Assembly: GCA_951406725.2 (NCBI GenBank)
Contig: OX597837.1
Location: 45,074,001 to 45,138,000, forward strand
Direction: 5' to 3'
DNA length: 64,000 nt
Source of the DNA: Octopus vulgaris
Taxonomy: Eukaryota
A program made the position numbers and the translations under genes. The notes below the pieces were generated by a model. The model was not told the DNA's origin. It did not search any database and saw nothing but the letters and a program-made list of their open reading frames with translations. Numbering within the stretch: the stretch's first letter is position 1; each line of letters starts with the position of its first letter. Positions 1 to 12,914 of the stretch are shown in pieces.

Positions 1-329
1 AGTTAAGCACAGGGGTCGATGCAATCGACTTAATCCCTTTGTTTGTCCCCTCCGCGTTTAGTCCCTTGTGGGCAATAAAGAAATAAATAGGTATTCGTTT
101 GCGATTTAACTTATATCCTAAACCATTCTTGTGCAAATTCAAAATAATTTTCATCAAATTTTCAGACAATTCTTTTCCATTTGGTGCCATTTTAATCACA
201 ATGAAGAAGATTTTCACCACGGTACACAAATCAGAATTCCTGCAGATGTAATAACAATGACGGTGCAAAAATGCTAGGAGAAATAATTTATTAGAATTGA
301 AATTATCAGCAATATCTGAATTTATTAAA

Positions 330-579
330 AAAAGTGGATAAAATATTGAATATAGCAAATTTCCTTCAGGATGTACATATTTTTGTAACGTTTGAAAATT
401 AATATTTCGTTCATATCTTTGAAAATGTTTATTATTTTGTGTTGCAAGTTTGTATAATATTTGCATGTATAATGTAATTTATTCAATATAAATTTCGTTT
501 GATTTCCTTCGATATTATCATAATAACGGAAATTTACTGAAATTTTTTAGGGGTGTACATACTTCTGTGATATAATGTA
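330..579 (+). mobile_element. Tc1-like element right end
   Basis: ggggtgtacatacttctgtgatataatg|TA resembles a Tc1 terminal inverted repeat with TA target. Confidence 0.45.
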
Positions 580-598
580 TCTCTATCTATCTATCTAA

Positions 599-682
<84 letters not shown>

Positions 683-684
683 AA

Positions 685-772
<88 letters not shown>

Positions 773-798
773 ATATATGCATATATATATATATATAT

Positions 799-873
<75 letters not shown>

Positions 874-1439
874 TGCATATATGCATATATATGTATATAT
901 GTATATACGTATATACATGATGCATGATATATATCATGCATCAGCATGGCCGCAGCTCTGAGCTGAAACTTAAAAATAAAAAATATATATACATACATAT
1001 ATATATACACATATATGTATATATACATATATACATATGAGCGAGAGAGAGAGAGAGAAAGACAGAAAGAAATAGGGAGCATTTGTGTGAATAGAGGCGT
1101 CGTTTGATCACCTGGTACTTAGCAATATATATTTTGGCTCTTTATGCCCCGAGTCCAATCAAGTCCCATTGAGGCGAAATCTACCTTTCATCCTTCCAGG
1201 CCAACGAATATATAGCAATATTGCTGTTGCATCCACTTCTCGCTCCAGTTTCCACATTCTGAATCTTCCATCGAATCAAGGGCCGTAAGGGGGGTCCGTC
1301 CGTATGTGCTAACGATTATTTTTTGGTATTGAAACAATTTGTAAAATAGTGTTACCGATCCCTCTCATAACTCCTATAAACTAACTGCCTAATCCCAGTA
1401 AGACCGCCATCCGTAGAACGGACAGGAAAATATAAACTA

Positions 1440-1488
1440 AATAACAACAACAACAATAATAATAATAATAGTAATAATAATAATAATG

Positions 1489-1540
<52 letters not shown>

Positions 1541-1563
1541 TGATGATGATAATAATAATAATA

Positions 1564-1599
<36 letters not shown>

Positions 1600-1623
1600 G
1601 TAATAATAATAATAATAATAATA

Positions 1624-1718
<95 letters not shown>

Positions 1719-1752
1719 AATGATGATGATGATGATGATAATGATGATGATG

Positions 1753-1783
<31 letters not shown>

Positions 1784-1841
1784 CAACAACAACAACAACA
1801 ATAATAATAATAATAATAATAATAACAATAACAGCAACAAC

Positions 1842-1927
<86 letters not shown>

Positions 1928-1934
1928 CAACAAC

Positions 1935-2001
<67 letters not shown>

Positions 2002-2030
2002 GTAATAATAACAATAATAATAATAAGTAT
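1440..2030. repeat. Compound (AAT)/(GAT)/(AAC) microsatellite
   Basis: Direct reading; explains poly-L/Y/I ORFs. Confidence 0.97.
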
Positions 2031-2225
2031 CAACCAAATAACGAATCTGCCTCTATGAAGCAACACAACAACTATTAGTAAATGGTTCGCAAATATTAAG
2101 AATTCTTTGCAATCTGAAATGGTAGATTTCCTCCGTGCATTAAGAATATTCTGCATCAACGAAGCTTCAGTCACCCTTCCGTATCTAATCCTTTATTTTT
2201 AAAAGCATTTATCTTCGCAAAATGT
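2030..2225 (+). pseudogene. Decayed Penelope-like RT fragment
   Basis: Translates as *SNTTTISKWFANIKN..LQSEMVDF and PSVSNPLFLKAFIFAK, aligning by eye to WSNSIEVVDWFKAIKN..TQFDIVDF and ASISKELLDKALIFAS of the element at 7281-8006. Confidence 0.65.
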
Positions 2226-3094
2226 TAAGCCACAATCGCCGACGAGAGAATCAGGAACATATGGAGACGGTTGTGGCTGTATGGTAGGAAGTTTGTTGTC
2301 CGGCCACATGGTTCTTGGTTCAGTCCCACTGTGTAGCACCTTGGACAAATGCCATCTGCTTTAGCATTTCCTATAGAAACCGGTCCTATTAATGTGTGCG
2401 TGTGTGTGTGTCTTTGTGTTTGTGTGTGTGTGTGTGTGTGTGTTTATGTGCTGATGTGTTCACGTCGCCGTAGCTTAGCGATTCCGCCAAAGTGACCGAT
2501 AGAAGAAGTACCAGGCTTAAAATATAAAAAATAATAAGTACTGGGGTTGATTTCTCCGATTAAAGTTCTTCATGGCGTTGCCTCAGCATGGCCGCAGTCT
2601 AATGACTGAAATAAGTAGAAAGATAAGAGATAGTGTACGAAAGAAGATTACTGCCTTCTTTTGACAAGACTTTATGGATAATACAAGATCACCATCCATC
2701 ATATGAGATGCTGATGGATATCAGAGACTCAATTGAAATCTTTATAATTATTGTCTTCTATATAATGCATTCAACTGAGGAGGCAACCTCTAACAAATTT
2801 TCAAAAATTGCTATTTTCGCCTTAGAGATATATTTAAAACCTCATCTTTATCCATGCAAAAACAAAAGAAAAAAATTGAGCCAAATTCACTCTCTTTCAC
2901 ATTTAAATTTAAGTTGGAGAAAAGTGATAAACAAGCAAGGGGTTGGAACAGGGGATTACAAACGTTAAAAAGATAAATTGCCACTTGATAATGAAGCTTG
3001 TATGGTAAATTTTGACGGCGATAAGAACGTAATGGATTTACACTAGTTCACAAAAAGAGTTATAGATTAATAACAATGAATATGCAATTTTTTT

Positions 3095-3665
3095 TGTCAA
3101 TAAATCCACGTTTATCAGAAAACTATATTTCACTTGAATAACACATTCGAGTTCCTAAACAATCAAATCTATAAACTAGCAACAAATTAAAAAGATATAA
3201 TAAAAATTTCCAATTGTCTTCGTGATTCACAATATCAACTCTCATTAGACAATAATATTTCACTTAAAGACGTATTCAAATTTGTAAATAATTCACTTGC
3301 TCGTAAAAAATGCGAAGCTAAATCATAAATATTCTTTGGAAATCTCTAAACAGTTTTTGTGACAAATTCCGAAAATTGTTGAATATTCTCTTCCACCACC
3401 GAACACATCATTTATTACTCCTGCTTTACACTAAGAATCAACAACTTGCAATGGGAAATATATAATGTGATGATGTCTTCAGAATATTATAAAACACGAA
3501 ATATCAACATTTTGATACTTTTAGAGGGGAAAAAAATCTCATAGACTTCTTTAAAGAAATAAATTTAAGAACAACACTAGATACAAACCTAAACACTGCC
3601 AAAAACTTCTCTATTATGCGAAATCTCTGCTATAGAAACTTAGCAAATCTCTACTATAGATAATA
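3095..3665 (+). pseudogene. Decayed Penelope-like RT fragment
   Basis: INPRLSE (~3100) resembles INPAKSE; LRTTLDTNLNT (~3566-3600) resembles LSITIDTNLTV; many stops and frameshifts. Confidence 0.5.
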
Positions 3666-3681
3666 TTCCCTCCTTTCGGAG

Positions 3682-4095
3682 GGCGGCGAGCTGGCAGAGT
3701 CGTTAGCACGCCCAGCGAAATGCTTAGCGGTATTTCGTCTACCGTTACGTTCTGAGTTCAAATTCCGCCGAGGTCGACTTTGCCTTTCATCCTTTCGGGG
3801 TCGATAAATTAAGTACCAGTTACGCACTGGGGTCTATGTAATCGACTTAATCCGTTTGTCTGTCCTTGTTTGTCCCCTCTGTGTTTAGCCCCTTGTGGGT
3901 AGTAAAGAAATAGGTATTTCGGCTACCGCTACGTTCTGAGTTCAAATTCTGCCATGGTCAACTTTGCCTTTCATCCTTTCGGGGTCTATAAATTAAGTAC
4001 CAGTTACGCACTGGGGTCGATATAATCGACTTAATCCGTTTGTCTGTCCTTGTTTGTCCTCTGTGTTTAGCCCCTTGTGGTCAGTAAAAAAATAG
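3682..4095 (+). mobile_element. tRNA-derived SINE family A (Meta-domain-like core), dimer
   Basis: Head ggcggcgagctggcag..., B-box-like gagttcaaattcc, core gtcgactttgcctttcatcctttcggggtcgataaattaagtacc, tail ccccttgtgggtagtaaagaaata; second unit restarts at ggtatttcg (3913). Other copies at 1-85, 18182-18552, 32420-32630, 40155-40340, 47085-47250(-), 53912-54142, 62790-62910(-). Confidence 0.9.
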
Positions 4096-4307
4096 ATATA
4101 CATGCATACACACATACATACATGCTTGCATGTAGAGTGCTCAACCACTTACACGTTAATTTCACGAGCAGGCTGTTCCGTTGATCGGATCAACTGGAAT
4201 CCTCGTCGTCGCAACCGACGGAGTGCCACAATAACATCTGTTTAGTACTGAATTATATCCATGCTTTATAATCGTGTGTATGTCTGTGTACGTATGTACA
4301 TACATAC

Positions 4308-4400
4308 ATACGCCGAACTATTGAGAAATTTGCAGTTACTCTATCCAGATTACGGGTTTAGGTTTATACCCGTAATTATTGGGGCTCTGAGATATATAAC
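4308..4400 (+). mobile_element. Short RLE-type LINE 3' coding fragment
   Basis: [27 protein letters not shown] matches the K..KY..L...PVIIGALG end of RLE endonucleases; fused to a minus-strand SINE head at 4405-4491. Confidence 0.55.
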
Positions 4401-4535
4401 ATACTGCCTTTTGAACTCAGAACGCAGCGGCAGACGAAATACTGCTAAGCATTTCGCACGGCGTGCTAACGTTTCTGCCAGCTCGCCGCCTTGTATGCAT
4501 ATATATATATATGTATATATATGTGTGTGTGTGTA

Positions 4536-4597
<62 letters not shown>

Positions 4598-6146
4598 GAT
4601 ATACATACATACAAACATATGTATATATATATATATCTACATACATATATTTTTGTATGTATGTATAATTATACACACACATACACACACATATACATAT
4701 ATGCATACATGCACACATACATACATGCTTGCATACATATGTAAGAATATACATAGTTAATGTATAATATTTTGCCGCTGTTACATCAGAGGTTGCGCCG
4801 TTGAAGGCGACTTTTGAAAACAGTCACTTTTAACTTTGAAACTTTCAGTAAACAATCACTAGAAACGAACAGTTGTTCATTCAGTACAGTGCAATGCATT
4901 GAATAAAGAACGCCAGCAGTCTATTACAAACTGTTTAGTGTGGAAGCGCAGTGGCCTAGTGGTTAGGGCAGTGGACTCGCGATCGTAGGATCACGGATTC
5001 GATTCCCAGACCGGGCGTTGTGAATTGTTTATTGAGCGAAAACATCTAAAGCTCCTCGTAGCTCTGGCAGAAGGTGGTGGCGAACCCTGCTGTACACTTT
5101 CGCCACAACTTTCTCTCACTCTTTCTTCCTGTTTCTACGGTCACACTATGTGTCACGCTGAATGTCCCCGAGAACAAACTATATATGTATAGCTTGGTGG
5201 ATGCAAATGGTTCTGCATATATATATATATATATATACATACATACATACATACATATACATATATATACGTACATGCACAGAAAATATGGATATATATA
5301 ATATATCGATATTGATATATATCTACACATATATATATATAGAGAGAGAGGGAGAAAGAGAGAGAGTATGTATATGTATATATATATATGTGTGTATATA
5401 TGTGAGTGTGTGAGTGTGTGTATCCAGGAGGGAGAGTGGAAAAAGAAGAATGAATTAGAGACATTGTAGAAATAAACAAACCTATAAGAACAGAGTTTTC
5501 TATTAGTCTCAAAAGAGATATAAAAATGTTTTTTAAAGTCTTTTTTAGTATACCATCATACCACTTCATACCACTTCATACCTCATATTGTATGAAATAT
5601 TTCTACTTTTTCTTCATATATAATCACGGTACTTCACAAATAATGAGGTTTAAATCTTATTAGGAAATTTAAAAGATGTCGAAAAAAAAAATCAATGAAT
5701 CAAATTAGAAGAGCCATGCAAAAACTAATGATACACCATTCTTCTTCCAGTTTCTTTTGTCTAAAAATATTCTCCAATCACTGCCACGTTCTTCGTTCGG
5801 TCTTCTGTTTTGTTTTGTTTTGTTTTTTTTTACTGAAGAGCATAGTCATTTTGTTTATTTATTGTTATTTGTTTATTTTTGTTTCGGTGTCGTTTGTAAC
5901 AATGAAAATTCTGTTTGTGTTGTTCTCACATAACAAATCGACTTAAACAATGTAAAAATTTATGAAGAACATTCTTAAGTGTGTGTGGTATATAGATCTC
6001 TAAAGATTTTAGCGTTAAAAGCAAAGATGACAAAAATGGAATTCATACATACACATACATAAATACATACAATACATACATACATTGCATATATATATAC
6101 ATAATATATGATCTATACATAATCTATCTATCTATCTATCTATCTA

Positions 6147-6186
<40 letters not shown>

Positions 6187-8093
6187 TATTATTGATAAAA
6201 CGGTAAGATAACAAAAGAAAGAAAGATACCTCAATATTATGTAAATAGAGGAAATTTATCTATACAATATGTTACATTACTCGGTAGTCAAGATAAAACT
6301 CTGAGTTTCAGATGCCGAAGTGGAAATCCACAACACCATCTCTTCGGTTATCTGGCTATTTGAAAACGTTATGAAAAAATACCGTTAAAAATGAAGGGAA
6401 ATTACTCTGTTATAACTCTGCTTTGCCTGCGTACTTATACATCGCTCGCATTTTTCGTCATAAAAATTATATAAAAATACATAAAAATATATAAAAATAT
6501 ATAAAAATATATAAAATCTTCTTGGGACATAACACAGAAAGCATGTTCTATCCGTTTTCTTTAGGGGACCAAAAACGTAACAGAAATTTAGTCACATGTG
6601 GGCATGATCCGAAAAGTTCTGTCCTTGTATTTAGACATGTGGTAGGGTCTAAGCTGCTTTTCCAGATAAGCCATCTCTCCATGTCGCATAAACCGCACCT
6701 TCCGCTGCCGTTAGTATAGGGCTTACATCTGGCCAAAATCTTCCATTGTATGTTATAATCGACACCTTTATCTCTTAAAGACCAAATATGATTGGATAAT
6801 TGTGTCGCTTTTCTTTTGTTCCAGTGCCTAAAGCTCAAAGTGTGGTTATTGAACCTGGCCTTGAAATTACCCTCTGTCAGGCCCACGTATTTCTTCGTCA
6901 AAACGGTGTCTTTAGTGGTTATAGAGTTTACGGTAGCTTCATATATGATGGTCTTGGACATGCAAGCTCCATTTAGCGGGCACAATTCTTTATTCCTGCA
7001 TGAACAGCTGTTTTCTTCTTGTGTTTTTTGTATGTTATGATTGATTATGTTTTTAAAATTGGTAGTTGAACTAAAACTAATTTTTAAATTGTGTCTATTG
7101 AAGAGTTTCCTATAAGCATGGTTAACTGGAAAATGTCTATCTATCAGTGCTAGGAAATATTTACCTATATTGAAGGCCACCTCGGGTGAGTAAGGGGGCG
7201 TAAACCAGATGACCTTCCTATTTCTATTATTCCTTTTCCTTATTGTTGGGCTGGTGATAGGTGTATATTTTATTTTTTCGCTAAAAACCACTATCTTTTA
7301 AAGCTTTATTATAAACTGGGGCAACGCTATTGAAGATGTCCTCATTAGATGAGAGGCTAGAAATCCTCTTACTAATATTTTTAACTAAATTTTTGAATAC
7401 TATAGGGGGATGGCATGAACCTACATTAATATAACTTAGTCTATCATTGGGCTTCCTATAAGGCTTATAAATATTATTATTAAGATCTAAGGAAACGTCT
7501 AAGAAATTGACAACCGTCAGGTTAGTGTCTATAGTTATACTAAGTCCGAAGTGTTTCATTAACTGGATAATATCCTTCCTAAAACGATCTTGTGCTGGTC
7601 CATTTGTATTAGCTGTTAAGGCGAGGGCATCATCTTTGTAGATGGCGAAATGTACGTTAGGGAATGTCTTACTGAAGGTATCTAGGAGAAAGAGTCCAAT
7701 TAGATCACAGATGCCTGCCCCATCATATGAACCCATGCTCACATCGAAAGCGCCCTCCGTGTCGGTGTTTTTTACCCACTTTGCATTCTCACTGAAAAGT
7801 AATGTCTTTCTAGCATGGAAGATTATATCCTTATCATTGGTACTAATTTCTATGAAGTCACTAGCGAAGATTAGGGCTTTATCTAGCAGTTCTTTAGAGA
7901 TAGAAGCATAAAAATCAACAATATCGAATTGTGTAAACCTCGCTTTTTTCTTATTCTTAATAGCTTTAAACCAGTCTACGACTTCTATACTATTGGACCA
8001 TTGCACTAGCCTAGTATCGGTCTTAATTTTCGTATTTATTTTATCTAAAATTTCTTTGCTAATAATCCCTAGTTCTGACTTGGCTGGGTTGAT
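6187..8093 (-). mobile_element. Penelope-like retroelement, 5'-truncated left copy (RT + GIY-YIG endonuclease), probably Naiad clade
   Basis: Minus-strand translation INPAKSELG...QWSNS...FDIVDFY...MGSYDG...YKDD...VNFLDV (RT), then a +1 frameshift at 7283-7287, then IWFTPPYS...CSCRNKELCPLNGAC...IIY...YVG...RFNNH (GIY-YIG with CxCx5Cx5C linker). The 3' end carries a hammerhead motif and abuts a (TA)n/(ATCT)n microsatellite. Confidence 0.92.
6286..6357 (-). ncRNA. Minimal hammerhead ribozyme motif, mirror copy in left Penelope arm
   Basis: Reverse complement of 9616-9687. Confidence 0.7.
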
Positions 8094-9716
8094 AAAGCCC
8101 TAATCTTCGCTAGTGACTTCATAGAAATTAGTACCAATGATAAGGATATAATCTTCCATGCTAGAAAGACATTACTTTTCAGTGAGAATGCAAAGTGGGT
8201 AAAAAACACCGACACGGAGGGCGCTTTCGATGTGAGCATGGGTTCATATGATGGGGCAGGCATCTGTGATCTAATTGGACTCTTTCTCCTAGATACCTTC
8301 AGTAAGACATTCCCTAACGTACATTTCGCCATCTACAAAGATGATGCCCTCGCCTTAACAGCTAATACAAATGGACCAGCACAAGATCGTTTTAGGAAGG
8401 ATATTATCCAGTTAATGAAACACTTCGGACTTAGTATAACTATAGACACTAACCTGACGGTTGTCAATTTCTTAGACGTTTCCTTAGATCTTAATAATAA
8501 TATTTATAAGCCTTATAGGAAGCCCAATGATAGACTAAGTTATATTAATGTAGGTTCATGCCATCCCCCTATAGTATTCAAAAATTTAGTTAAAAATATT
8601 AGTAAGAGGATTTCTAGCCTCTCATCTAATGAGGACATCTTCAATAGCGTTGCCCCAGTTTATAATAAAGCTTTAAAAGATAGTGGTTTTTAGCGAAAAA
8701 ATAAAATATACACCTATCACCAGCCCAACAATAAGGAAAAGGAATAATAGAAATAGGAAGGTCATCTGGTTTACGCCCCTTACTCACCCGAGGTGGCCTT
8801 CAATATAGGTAAATATTTCCTAGCACTGATAGATAGACATTTTCCAGTTAACCATGCTTATAGGAAACTCTTCAATAGACACAATTTAAAAATTAGTTTT
8901 AGTTCAACTACCAATTTTAAAAACATAATCAATCATAACATACAAAAAACACAAGAAGAAAACAGCTGTTCATGCAGGAATAAAGAATTGTGCCCGCTAA
9001 ATGGAGCTTGCATGTCCAAGACCATCATATATGAAGCTACCGTAAACTCTATAACCACTAAAGACACCGTTTTGACGAAGAAATACGTGGGCCTGACAGA
9101 GGGTAATTTCAAGGCCAGGTTCAATAACCACACTTTGAGCTTTAGGCACTGGAACAAAAGAAAAGCGACACAATTATCCAATCATATTTGGTCTTTAAGA
9201 GATAAAGGTGTCGATTATAACATACAATGGAAGATTTTGGCCAGATGTAAGCCCTATACTAACGGCAGCGGAAGGTGCGGTTTATGCGACATGGAGAGAT
9301 GGCTTATCTGGAAAAGCAGCTTAGACCCTACCACATGTCTAAATACAAGGACAGAACTTTTCGGATCATGCCCACATGTGACTAAATTTCTGTTACGTTT
9401 TTGGTCCCCTAAAGAAAACGGATAGAACATGCTTTCTGTGTTATGTCCCAAGAAGATTTTATATATTTTTATATATTTTTATATATTTTTATGTATTTTT
9501 ATATAATTTTTATGACGAAAAATGCGAGCGATGTATAAGTACGCAGGCAAAGCAGAGTTATAACAGAGTAATTTCCCTTCATTTTTAACGGTATTTTTTC
9601 ATAACGTTTTCAAATAGCCAGATAACCGAAGAGATGGTGTTGTGGATTTCCACTTCGGCATCTGAAACTCAGAGTTTTATCTTGACTACCGAGTAATGTA
9701 ACATATTGTATAGATA
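8091..9716 (+). mobile_element. Penelope-like retroelement, inverted right copy (inverted pseudo-LTR)
   Basis: Reverse complement of 6257-7883; translated ORFs 8232..8693 and 8793..9425 are identical to the left copy. One 1-nt indel seen (C4 at 8776-8779 vs G5 at 7194-7198). Confidence 0.92.
9616..9687 (+). ncRNA. Minimal type I hammerhead ribozyme motif (variant) in Penelope pLTR
   Basis: Stem I GATAA(9621-25)/TTATC(9677-81); core CCGAAGA (9626-32, U4C variant); stem II GATG/CATC with inner GTGG/CCAC; extra T; GAAAC (9664-68); palindromic stem III ACTC-A-GAGT; GUU cleavage triplet 9674-76. Confidence 0.7.
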
Positions 9717-9717
9717 T

Positions 9718-9815
<98 letters not shown>

Positions 9816-9816
9816 G

Positions 9817-10223
<407 letters not shown>

Positions 10224-11226
10224 TGTATGTATGTATGTATGTATGTACATATATATATGACAAATGGTTATTTTATAAAACTTTTCCGCACATACAATAA
10301 CAGCCATACCAATAATCCAACATAAGCCTATCATCAGCTATCTCACGGATATCACTATTGTTTCGATACCTGGTCAGTACCACTCAATCCGGTGGTGTCA
10401 AGAATTATAACATCTTCTCTTAAACTGTATTGTGCATAAATGTATCAGAAAGAAAGCCAGGTGGAATTCCGCTTTTAAGTAGCTCATATAACATCTCATA
10501 ACTTTTTCTAGTTTTTGAAACTTTCAGAAATTTTTTGCAAATTTGTATTCTGCACATGGGAATTCATACGACTATGTAAAAAAAAATAATGAAGTTTTTG
10601 TGTCTGATTTAGGGGTACTTATTTGTTATCTTTAGCACATCTCACGACCACCTGATACCTTCCTTGTTTCTTTATCACTCTGACATTTTGATGTTTTTCA
10701 ATATCTTTCTACCCATAAACATGTTAATGGTCTGTTGCTGGGATTGATCTCAAAATTTAGGACAGTCTGTAATAAATAACAAAAAGAAATTTTCATAGTG
10801 TGTTTTCCTCGTGTGTTTTGAAAATACCAGAAACTTAAAAAGTTATGAGGGGTTATATGAGATGCTTAAACCAGAATCCTGGTTATATGGAAATATTCTT
10901 TATGTTGCATGGCTTGTTTCTCTGGGTTTTTTTTTCGTTGTTCGAAAATAAGTTCGTTTTCCATGTTTTTGTTTTTCATGTTTTCGTTTCTCATTGTGCT
11001 CAATGTTTTTTTATAATGTCCTGTACCCATATATACATGTATATATACACATATTTGTAGGTATGTACAAATATGTATCTATATATGCATATATTTATAT
11101 ATTATATATTATATAAATGTACATATACATATATAAAAGAATAAATAAGAAAGAAGAAGAAGGAGGAGAGAGGGGGAAGCGATACCAAAGAACACAGAAA
11201 GCAATTAAGATTTTGTAAATTAATCA

Positions 11227-11232
11227 TTTATT
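11227..11232 (-). promoter_or_regulatory. Candidate polyadenylation signal of the deacetylase gene
   Basis: First canonical minus-strand AATAAA I found after the stop codon, followed by a U/GU-rich tract (ttgctttctgtgttctttgg, from ~11183-11202). ATTAAA variants exist earlier (~13125, ~13151, ~11903). Confidence 0.4.
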
Positions 11233-11464
11233 TATGAATATTAATGGAATGTTACAAGAAATATAAAGATAACAAATATAAGATTTATCATATCGTATAT
11301 AATATAAGTTTGTATATAAATCTAATACCAAACAACGGTTGGTTAACATATGTACATTAATAAAATATTGCAACGAGGGTTTTTTCTCCTCTTAGTATAT
11401 CATTACACGTATACGCCCACGCATGCTCGTGGACGTTCATTCACTCATTCCTATAAACATTCAA

Positions 11465-11511
<47 letters not shown>

Positions 11512-11608
11512 CGCATCGTAATAATCATAACACAATTTACTCAGAATGCAATGGACTGACATCATATGTGCATATGCATGGGTGCATATCTATATATATA
11601 TATATATG

Positions 11609-11644
<36 letters not shown>

Positions 11645-11711
11645 AATTTTTTGCGTAATGAGATTTAAAAAAACAAGGCTGTATAGATATTAGAGCATTT
11701 ATAGATAGAAG

Positions 11712-11763
11712 GTCTTACAGCTGTTTCTAAGATATTAATTAATAATATCAATTCATCAGAGAC
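11712..11763 (-). ncRNA. Minimal hammerhead ribozyme motif (Penelope pLTR remnant)
   Basis: Minus strand reads GTCT-CTGATGA-att GATATTA ttaat TAATATC tta-GAAAC-AGCT-GTA-AGAC: intact core boxes, 4-bp stem I, palindromic stem III ACAGCTGT, GUA site; base of stem II is mismatched. Confidence 0.75.
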
Positions 11764-11959
11764 GGTGTGAGAGGAAAAATTAAGTCATATTTAGTTTCGA
11801 TGTGATATCAATAGAGAGTGAGGTGGAGGAAAGAAAATAGATGTAAGATATGTATGGGTATTGAATATAGAATATTAAGGGACTAGTATACTTTCTTGCA
11901 TTTAATGAGTCTGAATAAGCATTGCCGGACAGCAAAGGGAGACTCGGACATTGTTTAGA

Positions 11960-12059
11960 AAATATTTTTCATTTTTAACCTCGTATATAGTACGCACTAG
12001 GGATTTTGACCTTGAAATTTTGGGGAAAAAATGCGGATTATACTCGAGGATTTACGGTA
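11960..12059 (+). mobile_element. pogo/Tigger-like MITE end
   Basis: Ends gcggattatactcgaggatttacgg|TA, typical of CCGTA-type TIRs; partner TIR not found. Confidence 0.45.
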
Positions 12060-12422
12060 TGTTTGCATCCATGCACATGTATGTAATTATGTAACTATGT
12101 GTAAGAGAATGGGAGAGAGAGAGTAAAGATAGAGAATAAAGTGTAAGCTAGAAAGAATGTATAACGACTGTATTATGAATCAGATTTTGTCACTCTCAAT
12201 GTCGGTAATACTGAAGAGCAGTGATTGCTGGTCTGGAAACCTCTAACAAAGCTGTTGTTCACAATGTGTGGTGTTAAATATAATGAAATCAAGGGAAAAA
12301 GGACAATGAGAGTGAAACGGTTAACAGTAATATTTATAGTCACTCGCTTGCATGGAAAATAAAAGTTATACGAACAAATATACGTCAATCTAAACATACG
12401 CATTCAGACAAACACTCATGAA

Positions 12423-12482
<60 letters not shown>

Positions 12483-12572
12483 CACACACACAAACACAAG
12501 CAGTTTGTTTGATATTCAGTAGCCATTGATATTCAGTTTCTGAAATGTGTAAAGTTACACACACACACACAC

Positions 12573-12619
<47 letters not shown>

Positions 12620-12862
12620 ACAGTTTAGATGTGTAGGTGTATGCATGGCTGTATGTGTGTCAGTGTGTCAGCCTGTATATTTATACAGTTGAATATACAC
12701 AGACGTCTGTGCTGCGTGTGTGTGTGTGTGTGCGTGAGTGTGTGTGTGTGAGAGTGTGTGTGTGAATGAGTCTCATTACAAACACATTCACTTCACCAAT
12801 TTTCCTTATGTATGTACGCGTGTATATATACATACATACATATATATATATTTATATATTTG

Positions 12863-12914
<52 letters not shown>

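Noticed and set aside
2633-2968. 111-aa ORF
   Set aside because: No start context or domain; lies between decayed Penelope fragments and may be part of them.
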